This document shows positions 40,872 through 55,385 of a stretch of DNA of 64,000 nt, one piece after another (position 1 is the first letter of the stretch; the number at the start of each line of letters is the position of its first letter). Location: assembly GCA_951406725.2 (NCBI GenBank), contig OX597822.1, positions 10,478,001 to 10,542,000 of the forward strand, given 5' to 3'. The notes below the pieces were generated by a model. It did no database searches, was not told the DNA's origin, and saw only the letters and a list, made by a program, of their open reading frames with translations. The DNA comes from Octopus vulgaris. Lineage: Eukaryota. Both the position numbers and the translations under genes were made by a program.

Positions 40872-40949
40872 TGAAAAAAGTTTGCGCGGAGATTTACATA
40901 AAGGATAGGGAGAAAAAATGGAAGAGACAGTGAAATGTGATATAAGTAT

Positions 40950-41148
40950 AAGCGCAGGTGTGACTATGTGGTAAGAAGCTTGCTTTCCAACCACATGGCT
41001 CTGGGTTCAGTCCCACTGCGTAGCACCTTGGGCAAGTATCTTCTACTATAGCCTAGGGCCGACCAATATTTGTGTGAGTGTGTGTGAGTGTGTATTTGTG
41101 TGTGTGCCAGCCTGTCTGTCTGTTTCTGTGTGTATGAGTGTGTGTGTT

Positions 41149-41179
<31 letters not shown>

Positions 41180-41392
41180 GTGCCTGCCTGTCTGTTTCTA
41201 TGTCTATGTTTTTTCCCTTCGCCATCGCTTGACATCATATGCTGGTGCGTTAATGTCCCCCAGTTCGGCAAAAGAGGCCGATAGGATAAGTACTATGCTT
41301 TACATAGTCCTTGGGTAGATTTCTTCGACTAAACGCGGTGCTCCAGCATGGCCGCAGTCAAATGACTGAAGCAAGTAAAAGAATAAAAGAAT
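40950..41392 (+). mobile_element. SINE family B
   Basis: GCGCAGGTGTGACTATGTGGTAAG head to GCAAGTAAAAGAATAAAAGA tail, with an internal (TG)-rich tract. Confidence 0.88.
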
Positions 41393-42259
41393 AGTATACA
41401 AAATGTGTGACAACATAAATGAAGCAATTCTCCGAATACAAGAGAAACTCCAACTAGGGCCAGGCAATGAATCCCACAGATCCAGGATTATCTAGACTAC
41501 TTAAAGGTCTGAATCATCTCTGCTGATCTCCAATCTATAAGCGCACACTTAGAGTAGGGTCATTCACTTAAACTATTTTGGCGAAAGTCACTCATATATT
41601 CACGAATTCATTGGGAGATAGCACTTCCTTCTCCACCTTCACTTTTCTTTCTTAGAGGAATTTAAAAAAGTCATTGGAGCAGTGGTTAAAACCCAGTATA
41701 CCTATGATGCACAACATAAGCAAGCTGTAAATTGTCTCACATTCTCTGCTTTGCCCGCTTATATGAGTAGACGCTCAATACAAGGAGGGTATTAATTAAT
41801 AAATAAGTAACAAATGACCAGAGGCTACCTAACCATTTTCATCAGCTTTACAGCTGATATATATCTGTCGTATATATGTAAACATACAACCTAGATTTCT
41901 TTTTTATCACTGGGACACTTTGAAGTCAAAAGCCTTGTTAGCTGATGGATTCCATATATACACATTTGCATCAGCAGGTAATATCGTGGTCAGTATAGGA
42001 CCAGTTAGGGACGTTGTAGATACCAGCGTTGTCCCGAATATACTGATAGCAGTCAAAATTTCAAACAATATCAAAGACCATCTCCACACCTGTAATATAT
42101 GCTTATTTGAAAGTGTTCCCTTTAAGAATCACCAATTGATAATCAAATTCATAAAGTGCTGTTATCATGAGTAAGAGGTACAAATATATCGTTAAGAACG
42201 CAATGTTGACAAACAGAAATTCAATGAAGTAGAGAATAAAGTCGAAGTTCTATGCGGTA

Positions 42260-42290
<31 letters not shown>

Positions 42291-42480
42291 TGTATGTATG
42301 TATGTATGTATGTATGTATGTATGTATGTATGTATGTATGCATGCATGCATGTATGTATGTATGTATGTGTGTATGTATGTATGTATGTATGTATGTATG
42401 TATGTATGTATGTATGTATGTATAGATGGATGGATGGATGCATGCATGCATGCATACATGCATGGATGGATTGTGTATGT
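42260..42480. repeat. (TATG)n array, which is (CATA)n downstream of the minus-strand R4 3' end
   Basis: Direct reading. Confidence 0.95.
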
Positions 42481-42484
42481 GTGT

Positions 42485-42710
42485 CATTGTTCAGTTTTAT
42501 TTCAAGATTTCTTGCCATTAGAGAAAGAGCCAGTATTTAACCTAAATTCAAGGCACCTTCATGGGAACTTCAACATCAACAACAGGGTATTTTTGGTTGT
42601 ATGTTTGTAAGTATGTCTATGTGCAGAATTGTATGTTTTGCTTTATATTTTGCCTTATGCGTGTATTCTCATGAATATAGTTGCATATTTAGACATGCTA
42701 ATATATTCAA
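42485..42710 (-). mobile_element. 3' UTR fragment of the (CATA)n-associated R4/Dong family
   Basis: Reverse complement matches 2300-2510 (AGCATGTCTA..ATATGCAACTATAT, AAATACCCTGTTGTT, GGCAAGAAATCTTGAAATAAA.CTGAA). Confidence 0.8.
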
Positions 42711-43100
42711 ATGACTGAAACAAGTAAAAGAGTAAAAGAGGACTATCCTATTAATAGATTAAAAGCATTGTTTAAAATATTAAAGAATATAAATATAATC
42801 CCTCACGAAAAAAAAAATGAATGAATAAAGTTTTAGTCAGGGACGTTTGGGTTTCCAATGAACAGATGTAGGAAATCCAGCTTAAATAAATAGGTAGTGG
42901 TGTTACAACGGCTGTTTCAAGGGTACAGCGATCTATAGATTTGAAGCTATTTCCAAACCAAGTCTTAGATAAAGCCTCAAGATGTTTATATAAAATGTAG
43001 AACCTACTTGAATTGTCTTCTTAAATATCATTTATATCTTGCGTCTCGGGTCCTTAATCTGAGCAGTCATACTGGTGCCTATATAATGCGCAAATGTTTT

Positions 43101-43447
<347 letters not shown>

Positions 43448-43573
43448 GGAGAGAGAGGGGGGAGGTGCACGCACAGACATAGGCAGTAGCATACATATAC
43501 ATACATATACATGGCGCGCATGTATATGTAAATATATGCATGCATACGCATCTATATGTATGTAATACGTATA

Positions 43574-43803
43574 GGTGGCGAGCTGGCAGAAACGTTAGCA
43601 CGCCGGGCGAAATGCGTAGCCGTATTTCGTCTGCCGCTACGTTCTGAGTTCAAATTCCGCCGAGGTCGACTTTGCCTTTCATCCTTTCGGGGTCGATAAA
43701 TTAAGTACTAGTTACGCACTGGGGTCGATGTAATCGACTAAATCCCTTTGTCTGTCCTTGTTTGTCCCCTCTGTGTTTAGCCCCTTGTGGGTAGTAAAGA
43801 AAT
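43574..43803 (+). mobile_element. SINE family A, tail type 1, full length, with probable TSD
   Basis: Full head, body and tail. TATATGTATGTAATACGTAT occurs both immediately before (about 43553-43572) and immediately after (about 43805-43824). Confidence 0.92.
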
Positions 43804-44532
43804 ATATATGTATGTAATACGTATCTATATGTATGTAAAAGCCGAACTGATTTGTTTGATTGTTTAGCTGCCATTCTTAGCTGGTTAAATTCTCCATTAG
43901 TTGTCTGCACAGGAATGGATTAGATATACAGAAATTTATTCCCGCCAAATACTTGAAGTGAAGCGGGGAATAAGAGTAAGATGTGGGAGGCGGAATAAGA
44001 GAGTGAAAGGGAGAGAGAATCAGACACAGACACCCAGTGTCACACTCACACATACACACTCGCACACAGCTATTCGCTCATACACATACATATTTATGCT
44101 CAATGACATTCAGAAAGAAAACAAACCTAAGTAGCATTAAAAACCCCAAAGCACCCGAGAATCGAAACTCCCTAAGGAACCGCCTTTATAGTAATATTGC
44201 AATGCCGATGATGATATAGGGTTCAGATTTATATGGAAAAGGAAAGTTTTGTTACTTCTTGAATATAGCCATGAATATGTCTCTCTTTTTTTTCTTTGTA
44301 ATAAACACTTAACCATTTTTATGGGTTTTAATCGTTAATCCGAGTAGGATTAACAGTGCTAGTAGTCTTCTTAAGTAGTGCTTGAACAGGGATCAAACCC
44401 ACGGTGCGTGATTAGAGCAATTAGTGTTAAATTCATTGTTGAAATTAGAAGTCATTGTAAGATGTTAGATTCTTTTAATCTCTGACTAGTTTCAGCCATT
44501 AAACCAATGATTATACAGGAATATTGCCCTAT

Positions 44533-44620
<88 letters not shown>

Positions 44621-45426
44621 CTGTACAATAACAGTATATAATATATATATATTATTTAAGTAGTATATTAAAATTCCGGTGAAGTTTTCTTTTCCTTTCA
44701 TCCATTCTGTATCGATAAAATAGGTACCAACTGAGCACTGAGGTCGATATAATCGGTTTACCCTTCTCTCGAATTAGCTGGTCTTGTGGTCTTGTGCCAA
44801 AATTTCAAACCATTATTAGGACAAACTAATTACCGAATAAGTAAGTCATTAATGACAGTATCTTTCGATATCTAATTTTTTATGTGTAATTATAACTTTC
44901 AGAGTGTTTCTAAATGAAATTGTTGATTGCTGTTGCTGCCGCCTTTTAGAGTAGAAAAATAAACGTTGGTTAGATGTCTTATACTTTTAGAGACGTGAGC
45001 AATCCTTCAGGAGTAGCATGCAGACAGAACTACCACACTAAGCAAAGTTTGTTCATTACTAGATCAGGGCATTTCTTTAAGTGGAGTTAAACGTAAGGTG
45101 TCAGGACTCCATATCAAATTTGATAACCTACAACATATAGATGCAGATGAAAATTAAGAGTGTCGTTAGATTTATGAGCAAATCTAATCAATTTCGATCG
45201 TTTTCTGTCATGTACCCCACCTCTTGTCTAATCAAATTTCATGACATCATCTAAATAAGCGCGTGTGACTAAAGATTTGCTTTTATGAGTAAGGTTGTAT
45301 GTAATTAGTTGAAGAAACGCAACGCCATTTGTAAGAGCCAAAACTAAGCCATTTGAACGAAAACTATTGACCATCTGACTCTGAAGTAATAAACACCTTC
45401 AGAAGAAAACTATGTAGAAGCCCATC

Positions 45427-45467
<41 letters not shown>

Positions 45468-45539
45468 TGTATGTATGAGTGTATCTATGATATGTGTGGA
45501 TAGGATATATATAGATAGATATAGATATAGATATATGTA

Positions 45540-45640
<101 letters not shown>

Positions 45641-47024
45641 AACACATATATATATTTATATGTATGTATATAGATATGTGTGTGTGTGTGTGTGTGCGCG
45701 CTTGCATTTGTGTCTATGTTTGTTCCCCTCCAACTGCTTGATAACTGGTGTTGGCTGGTTTGCATACCTGTAACATAGAATATCAACAATAGAAATGAAA
45801 AGATAGATACTAGACTTCAAACATCACTACTTCAGAGAGAATGAAAGAGAGAGAGAGAGAGAGCGAAATACAGAGAGAAAGAGTGATGGAGAAATACATA
45901 GAGAAAGAGAAAGAGAGTGCGGTTTCATTGGGTTAGTGTGCTTGTATTTAAAGCGTGTTGCAGACGTTCGAGAATAATTCCGAAATAATAATGGGTATTC
46001 GTGAATCTATGCTAGTGAGGAGAGTAAATCTTGTTGTATGAATACCTTGCAAACACGACTAAATGGTGTTCTCATATCAAGAATAACCATTCGTGAGCCA
46101 GAGTTCACTGCTGTGTGACATATTTAATTGTATAACCAAGCAATATTGCTTGCGTCGTTACATTTCTGTGATAAATGAGCAGCTAAAACTGTCATTTTAC
46201 GAGTTCGGTTCAATAGCATGTTTGAGTCAATTGGATTATTGTAACATTGCAACATTAGTGCAGTACTTGAGTGAGGGATGTACATCAACACTCCCTTTTC
46301 ATCATCTGCTCTTAAGTAATTTCGTCGTTATGCAAATACAAAAATTTTATTTAACGAATTCAGCTTTCGCTTAGAATCTATTAAACGATGACAGACAAAC
46401 ATGCACGTACACATACAAGTATATGTATATATGTGTGTATTTATGTGTGTTCGTGCGTGTGGCTAGATAGATAGAAAGATAGATAGACATATGCAAGTAT
46501 TGCGCATGCACACGCACGCGTTTAAATACACACATAGCTCATACATCACAAAGCGAGAGAACTCAATACTGCGAATTAGAGTACAGAAATAGGCTTCAAT
46601 ACAGCGAAGTGCAATAGAGAGAATCTACAGTCTGGATTAAATGGCAAATGGAGTTACAAAAACAAAGCGAGATAGTTTCAGAGAAAATATCTATGATTGT
46701 TGATAGGGTCCGTATACCGTTCTTTGATGGATAACTCTTTTTAAGAGAAACGCAATCACTCAGAATTCTTCGGCTGACGATATAAATGGAGGAGTGAATA
46801 AATAAAATTAATAAAAAGAAATACAAAGAAATGCAATAAAGAAATCATATATCCTAAAATAATCCCGAGTCATATAACAATAAATTTAACTTGTTTTATT
46901 CGATATTATAAAAAATAATGTACAATAAAATATAAATGTAGTTTTATTACGGGTTTTCTAAGTAGTTCGCTTTGATTTATCTGATAAAGATATATTAGCG
47001 TTAAAAGAGCGAGTATACATGTGT

Positions 47025-48033
47025 GCATACATACATGCATACATACATACATACATACATACATAATACATACATACGTATATACATATATACATAATAC
47101 TTACATACGTATATAAATACATACATACATATATACATAATACATACATATATATATACATATATACATAATACTTACATACATATATACATATATACAT
47201 AATACATACATACATATATACATATATACATAATACTTACATACGTATATAAATACATACATACATACATATATACATAATACATACATATATATATACA
47301 TATATACATAATACTTACATACATATATACATATATACATAATACTTACATACATATATACATACATACATACATATATACATATATACATAATACATAC
47401 ATATATACATATATACATATATACATAATACTTACATACATATATACATATATACATAATACATACATACATATATACATAATACATACATACATATATA
47501 CATATATACATACATACATATATACATAATACATACATACATATATACATATATACATACATACATATATACATATATACATATATACATAATACATACA
47601 TACATATATACATATATACATACATACATACATACATATATACATAATACATATTACATATATACATATATACATATATACATAATACATACATACATAT
47701 ATACATAATACATACATACATATATACATATATACATAATACATACATACATATATACATAATACATACATACATATATACATATATACATACATACATA
47801 TATACATAATACATACATACATATATACATATATACATAATACATACATACATATATACATATATACATAATACATACATACATATATACATATATACAT
47901 AATACGTACATACATACATATATACATAATACATACATACATACATACATATATACATATATAAATAATACATACATATATATATACATAATACATACAT
48001 ACATACATACATACATACATACATACATACATA
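47025..48033. repeat. ~1-kb compound minisatellite built from CATA, TA and CATAA modules
   Basis: Recurrent ATATATACATAATACATACATAC-type units with TACTTAC variants. Confidence 0.93.
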
Positions 48034-48277
48034 AGACATTCCCCAAATTCTCTATCTGAGATTCTTATTTGAATAGATACCTAGACATGGCTGTATGCAT
48101 CGGCAGTTCAACCAACACACCAACTCAAACACTTCTTTGTTACTTTGTTAGCAACTGGCTTTGACCCTCTCAAAAAGAGCATACATACATACAAACATGC
48201 AAACATACCCACATACATATATACATACATACGTACGCACGCATAGACGCACGCGCGCAAACCATACATACAAACCA

Positions 48278-48520
48278 CTTTGAATGGTACGCGTTTGCAA
48301 TCCAGAAACAGGAAATATCAACCAAGTACCTGATGCACAAAAGGAATAGAGATACAGGAAAAGCAGTCAAATGTGACAACCGATGCAGACTTTGTGGAGT
48401 TAACACCGAAGATATCTTCCACATCATAAGCAGTTGTCCGAAAATGTCGTCATCGTAAAATCTACCGATGAGATATGATGTCGTAGCTAAGACCCGCTGT
48501 AATGAAATCTGTCGGAAAGT
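48278..48520 (+). mobile_element. Internal fragment of the (CATA)n-associated R4/Dong family (CCHC zinc knuckle)
   Basis: FEWYAFAIQKQEISTKYLMHKRNRDTGKAVKCDNRCRLCGVNTEDIFHIISSCPKMSSS*NLPMRYDVVAK, homologous to 1615-1840. Confidence 0.88.
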
Positions 48521-48612
48521 TAAATCTACATCGTACTATTTTAATACACAATTTATTAAATAATAATTTATATCGTACGAAGATCGGAAGCTACCTGGTA
48601 CTGCAACAGCTC

Positions 48613-49029
48613 TCTTTACTCTTTTACTCTTTTACTTGTTTCAGTCATTTGACTGCGGCCTTGCTGGAGCACCGCATTTAGTCGAGCAACTCGACCCCGG
48701 GACTTATTCTTTTTGTAAGCCCAGTACTTATTCTATCGATCTCTTTTTGCCGAACCGCTAAGTGACGGGGACGTAAACACACCAGCATCGGTTGTCAAGC
48801 AATGCTAGGGGGGACAAACACAGACATACAAACACACACACATACATATATATATATACATATATACGACAGGCTTCTTTCAGTTTCCGTCTACCAAACC
48901 CACTCACAAGGCATTGGTCGGCCCGAGGCTATAGCAGAAGACACTTGCCCAAGATGCCACGCAGTGGGACTGAACCCGCAACCATGTGGTTGGTTAGCAA
49001 GCTACTTACCACACAGCCACTCCTGCGCC
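48613..49029 (-). mobile_element. SINE family B, full-length young copy
   Basis: Near-identical to 6722-7162. Confidence 0.92.
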
Positions 49030-49712
49030 TTATACAAGAATCATACAAGAATTATTATCATGCTGGTAACAAGGAGATAAATAATAAACCCCCCTGGTAC
49101 AGTTTAACGAGTTATTTCAGCGCTGTCGAACTCATGCATAGCAGTGCCAAAAAATAGGTCATCATGCCGTGTATATAATATGGAAGTCACGTTAAGGGAA
49201 TTCGCTTGAAATTAGAGCAGAGATGATTTCAGTGATTACAGGTTAGGAATCTTTATCATGTCTACGATGTGTTCATAAATGGTTCTAAGAGGGAGTATTT
49301 AAATTGAGACTAAGGTGAAACAGAACACATTGACAAATGTGATTTTTCAAGAAAATTCAAGGTGTGCTGTTAGTATATTACTAACACCACACCTAGTCTT
49401 TTGTTGAGCATCTGCTGACCAATCTTAATGCACGAAATACCTTTAATAAGAGTTGAGAATGGGGAAATGTACAAGGAAGTACTTTCAAGGGAGGAATTTT
49501 CTCTTGCCATTTTACTAGAATTTACTTGCATTGTGAGTGCTGATATTAACATTGCGGGTGGATGTGCTTAAAGTAATAAAAGCCCACTGTCTCTTGATGG
49601 GATTTAATGAATAAAATGATTTTATTAGCTCAGAAAATAGTATAGAAGGGATAGGAGCGAGAGAAATGTTTTGAAGCTGTTAAGATCACTTCCATAATAA
49701 AAGATCTGATCT

Positions 49713-49761
<49 letters not shown>

Positions 49762-50834
49762 TGAGTGTGCATCTGAGTGTGTAGTAAAATATAGATTTAG
49801 ACTCAATCAGGTACTTGAAAAGATATGCACCAGGTAGGGTTGGATGAACCTGTGGCTCCGGCCTTCGGATGGTAAGTATCAAATGATATTTTCCGGTTTT
49901 GTACACAGAGAAGGTCAACCCTACGTGTATTTAGCGCCTAGAGGCTGGTCCAAATAATTATCCTTCGTATATTATTATTTATTTCCTATGAATGTATGTA
50001 TGTATGTATGTATGTATGTATTTATGTATGTATGTATGTATGTATTTATGTATGTATGTCTATCTATCTATCTATACATACATACATACGTACATAACAT
50101 ACATACATACATACATACATACATACATACATACATACATACATACATACATACATACATACATACATACATACATGATGTCTAACAAATGGGCTTCACT
50201 GGGACGGATAACGAACAAATGGATAATCTGACAGAATAACAAAGTTTACATATTGTAACCAAAGGCATTCATTATATTCAAGCAGGGTAAAACTAAAACA
50301 CCAGGGTTTAGAAATGAATATGCAATGGCAGCTGAGCAACGAAGGCTACTGTGCAGTATATTGTAGAAAAGAAGGCCAGCTAAGTTGCGACCCCACTTCC
50401 GGAAGTGTTACGAGATGTGCTTTCACGTAAATCATATCAAACAGTAGGACTGAAGTGAGAGGTGATTGCGTTTTATGAGGAGGTAATTCTTCGGCCCAGG
50501 ATGATCTGGAAGCATCCCTGGCATAGCATGCTTGTCTCACTAACCTAGTTTCGAGTATACTTGCTTGTGCACTAAATTAAGAACGCTACTGCATCATTGC
50601 ACCGAGAATCACTACCAAGTTGCATTTATTGTGGTTCATAAGAAGGACCAGAATGAGCAACACCGGGACGTAAAAAGAGAAACTCAGAAATGTGAATAGG
50701 GTTCATGGTTAGAAGATGCAGGTTTAAAGGAAGTGATTTTTTCTTAAGCTATTACAAAATAACGAAGGTAATGTTAGCATTGTTAGCCTTGACTAAACAT
50801 CCTAATTGTTTAGTTGATAATATTTAGGAAAGCA

Positions 50835-51040
50835 AGGCGGCGAGGTAACAGAATCGGCAGCACGCCGGACAAAATATTTTGCATCATTTCTTCCGTCTTT
50901 ACATTCTGAGTTCAAATTCTGCCGAAGTCGAATTTACCTTACATTCTTTAAGAGTCAATAAAATAAGTAACAGTTGATGTCATAGACTTAACTCACCACC
51001 GAAATTGCTGGCCTTGTGCCAAAAATTTGAAAACAATATT
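50835..51040 (+). mobile_element. SINE family A, tail type 2
   Basis: GGCGGCGAGG head; GAAATTGCTGGCCTTGTGCCAAAAATTTGAAA tail. Confidence 0.8.
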
Positions 51041-51828
51041 TAGGCATGTTATATGGAGTGGGCATATGGAAGAAAATATCTTGCATTTAAAGGATTTAAG
51101 TTCTCATGCGAAGCAAGTGGATAAATCGAAATATATTTCCAGTAAAAACAAAATAAGCAGATTTTTAGCTAGATCCCCTTCCTTTTTACTTATCTGGGGG
51201 TGAATCAAGAAAGAACAACAGAACAGTGAATCGTTAATTGGAAAGGAAAGGAGGAAATGCTTCATCAAGGATATGTTAGATGCATGGGAGAGAAAGACAG
51301 AAGATGAAGAAAAAGAACAAATTCTTAATGAGTAATAAAACGAAATGGTTACTGCATGGTTGGAACAGCTAAAGCTGATTGGTTGTGACGGCTACACAGA
51401 TGATAGGTTAAGAGGAATAATTTGATACAGGAGAGGCCAAGGCAACCCAAGCATTTCTTGGTAGGATCAATGCTGATTGGAATCTCTGAAAGGAGTGATA
51501 TAGACAGAAGTTGTCGAAATCGTGGTGACCTCCAGTCGACAGCTGAAGAAGGAAGTATCCCGCTGAGCAATATATATAAACGATGAATAGCTTTGCGTAA
51601 ACCATGGTCCGTTTTGTTCTCTTAATTTATTATCATCTTTTAATCATCTCATAATAATGACTTTTATGACTCGTATTACTACCTCAGTCAATCTAAATGT
51701 ATATTTTTGTCACTACCTGTCACAAATAGCCTTTTTTTTTTATTTGCAATGTGCATTTTCGCTGATTTTTAATATTTTACCCTTACATTTCCACGTGTAT
51801 TTTATATATTTTCGTAACATATTTCTAC

Positions 51829-51886
<58 letters not shown>

Positions 51887-52113
51887 GTGTGCGTGTCTGT
51901 GTGTACATACACTTAGACACACACAGATATACACTTACACATACGCACACACTCATATGTGCATGTGTGTGTGTGTTAGGTTTTATTTAGGCTTCATCTG
52001 ATCGACATACGTGTATGGAAATGGATATACACACTATGGCTTAAACATGCTAACACGTGCAAGTTGTTACTACACATACATGCATAAATGTATGCATAAA
52101 TGTGAGTGTGTGC

Positions 52114-52144
<31 letters not shown>

Positions 52145-52553
52145 TACTAAATCACGAATAGTACAAAAGAAACGCTCGTGCTCCTTGCCAGGTTGTCATC
52201 AGCTTTTAAGTGTACAATGTATAACGCGCATGACAACCTGTCGAGATCTCCCGTCTGGAGATGGCGGCAATAGTGATGGTCTGAGTCGAGGTTGCGGTGC
52301 TAGTTGTGAAGGCTGTGGGGTGCTGGGGTTTGGCTGCCAACGATACACGTGTCCGCCTTAGTTTGGGCATATGTTTCAATATGCGTCCCGTGTTACTAGA
52401 CTGCTCCCGTCAGTCACGCGCCAATTCCATTCTGCGACACGGGTTCAATAACAACGTAGAACAGGAAATCTTCCCTGATGAATGTAACACAATAGGGATC
52501 TTGCTATACACTACATAAATATGAGAAGGTAAATATTTCTTATGATTGAGGGC

Positions 52554-52625
<72 letters not shown>

Positions 52626-52634
52626 CTGTATATG

Positions 52635-52702
<68 letters not shown>

Positions 52703-52798
52703 TAATAATATGACAGCAAAATAATGATTGAGACCTCGATATTATGTAAAATAGAAGAATTTATAAATTAAAAATATGTGACAACTAGTTGGTTGTCA

Positions 52799-52860
52799 TA
52801 ATAAAACCCAGAGTTTCGGCTACAGGAGATGAAGTCCGTCCGACATCTCATCAGTTATTA
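52799..52860 (-). ncRNA. Antisense-arm hammerhead motif (family H7), stem II diverged
   Basis: Minus strand TAATAA-CTGATGA-GATGTCGGACGGACTTCATCTCCTGTAGCC-GAAAC-TCTGG-GT-T-TTATTA. Confidence 0.6.
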
Positions 52861-52879
52861 AGACAAAACTCTTTTTGTT

Positions 52880-52940
52880 TAATAACTGATGAGATGCCGG
52901 AGCGAACTTCATCCGGTATCGGAAACTCTGAGTTTTATTA
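52880..52940 (+). ncRNA. Type I hammerhead ribozyme motif (family H7)
   Basis: TAATAA-CTGATGA-GATGCCGGA-GCGAACTTCA-TCCGGTATC-G-GAAAC-TCTGA-GT-T-TTATTA. Stem I 6 bp, stem II 9 bp with one G-U, ACTC-T-GAGT stem III, GUU site. Confidence 0.8.
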
Positions 52941-52953
52941 TGACAACCAACAC

Positions 52954-53046
<93 letters not shown>

Positions 53047-53049
53047 TTA

Positions 53050-53190
53050 TATTCTTTCACTTGTTTCAGTCATTTAATTGCGGCTATGCTGGAGTCTTTG
53101 GTCGAACAAATCGACCCCATGACTTATTCTTTGTAAGACTGGTACTTATTCTATTGGTCTCTGATGCCATTGGTCTCTGATGCCGAACCG
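53050..53190 (-). mobile_element. SINE family B tail fragment with a 16-bp tandem duplication
   Basis: ATTGGTCTCTGATGCC twice at 53153-53184. Confidence 0.75.
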
Positions 53191-53298
53191 CCATATCTCA
53201 CTGATATTTAAACTGAAGATTTGCATTTCAACCTACTGGGCCCTATAAAATAAAATACAACCTACGTACTGGAGTCGATGGTATTTACTAACTTTTGA

Positions 53299-53538
53299 AG
53301 GCGGCGAGCTGGCAGGATCGTTAGCACGCCGGGCGAAAAGCGTAGCCGTATTTCGTTTGCGGTTACGTTCTGAGTTCAAATTCCGCCGAGGTCAACTTTG
53401 CCTTTCATCCTTTCGGGGTCGATTAAATAAGCACCAGTTACGCACTGGGGTTGATGTAATCGACTTAATCCGTTTGTTTGTCTGTCCTTGTTTGTCCCCT
53501 CTGTGTTTAGCCCCTTGTGGGTAGTAAAGAAATAGGTA
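53299..53538 (+). mobile_element. SINE family A, tail type 1, full length, with probable TSD
   Basis: Full copy. GGTATTTACTAACTTT occurs at about 53280-53295 and again at about 53535-53550. Confidence 0.92.
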
Positions 53539-54541
53539 TTTACTAACTTTCCACAAAACTTCACACCCCTCTTCTACACTAAATGTAATAATTTAAGGGC
53601 AGGGGTTTGGCAGGATTTTTATAAAATGTCTTGCACTATTTCTCCTGTTCCTCGTGTTTTGAGTTTAGATCCCGCTAAATACAAATTCGCATTTCATTTT
53701 TACTGCATACATTAAATACAGTAATAGTTAAGAACACAGGTTGATGATTACGATTAATCAACCACTTCTCACCAACTTTTAGACGTTTTGCTTAATTTAT
53801 AAAGGCTTACTTTAACGGTTTTAATTATTTTCCCATTATGTCCCATTGTTAAGGTTGTTTAAAACGTAACACTGAAATACATGTTGTAACAAACAGAATG
53901 ATATTATAAATAATTTGTAGTAATATTATAATTGAATTAAAATACGAGGCAGCGAGCTGGCAGAATCATTAGCACCTGGGGTAACTTCGGGGTAGGGTCT
54001 AAAGCTATGGCACATTACCGTTCTATATTGTAAATCCGTGGATGGGCTCCAGAAAACTGGTTTTAAGAAACAAGTTAAAAATGTAATGTCCATTGTTTTT
54101 AACTTGTTTCTCTCATATATATTTATAATAAAATCTTTGAATGCCTGTTAGTTTTTGCTTGTGTATGAATATGTATCGCCATGCATATATCCATATTTAT
54201 GTAACTCTATTCATTTTATAGATAATATTTTAAATGAAAGATATGGTACACTAAAATAGATCATCGTTGCGCCTGTAGTATAGTCAGTTTGCATGAATTA
54301 AATGGACTTCAGTATATATATTACTCTCTATTAAACCTGCATTCATATGCTGTTGATAGTATATGATAAGTGTGTGGGAAGAATGCATGTATTCGTGCCT
54401 GAAAATGTTCGCATGTACGCGTTTGTGTGAGTGGACGAGTGAGAAAGAAGCTCTCATGCATGTGTGTACATCTATATATAGCATGTGTACGCCTATATAA
54501 CATATGCTCTATATAGATGTATACACGCTAACACGCACGCA

Positions 54542-54589
<48 letters not shown>

Positions 54590-55108
54590 TATATATATAT
54601 ATGTATGTGTGTTCATATACACGTATATGTACATATGAGCACGTATGTCTATAAGTATACATTCATGCACACAGACACACATACACATACACGCATACAC
54701 AAACAAATGTATGTATTTCTATGTGTGTGTGAGTGTGTGTGTATGTGTAGAGAATACAAGCATAATCTAATTTTAAAGCTAGTGATACCTTTTGATGACA
54801 AGTTCCATTTCAAATTAGTGTTTACAAAATACACTTTCTCAAAACAAGTTTACATATGTAAGTATCCGATATATCGTACATATGTGTGTGTGTGCGTTTG
54901 TGTGTGTGTGTGTGTATGTTTCTGTACAAATGTATATGTACGTGGAAATATGTCTATGCAAATGTATACGAGAGTGTGGTTTTAATGCTCATCTATATGT
55001 ATGTAAGTAGAAGTACATATATACATACATATATATATACATATGCACAGATACATATGTATATATATATATACCCACACACATATATATATGTATATAT
55101 CTATATGT

Positions 55109-55146
<38 letters not shown>

Positions 55147-55159
55147 GCATATAGATATT

Positions 55160-55199
<40 letters not shown>

Positions 55200-55261
55200 G
55201 ATATATACATATATATACACATATAGATATATACATATATATGTATGTGTGGTATGTATAA

Positions 55262-55301
<40 letters not shown>

Positions 55302-55323
55302 AAGTCTATATGTTTGTAGCATT

Positions 55324-55385
<62 letters not shown>

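Larger units (their letters stand above)
52788..52951. repeat. 164-bp imperfect palindrome: head-to-head pair of hammerhead units (family H7)
   Basis: GTTGGTTGTCATAATAAAAC...GTTTTATTATGACAACCAAC with the centre at about 52869-52872. Confidence 0.92.

Noticed and set aside
50176-50600. Complex sequence following (CATA)n, considered as another R4 fragment
   Set aside because: No RT or RLE motif in any frame I could read, and no similarity seen to 935-2510.
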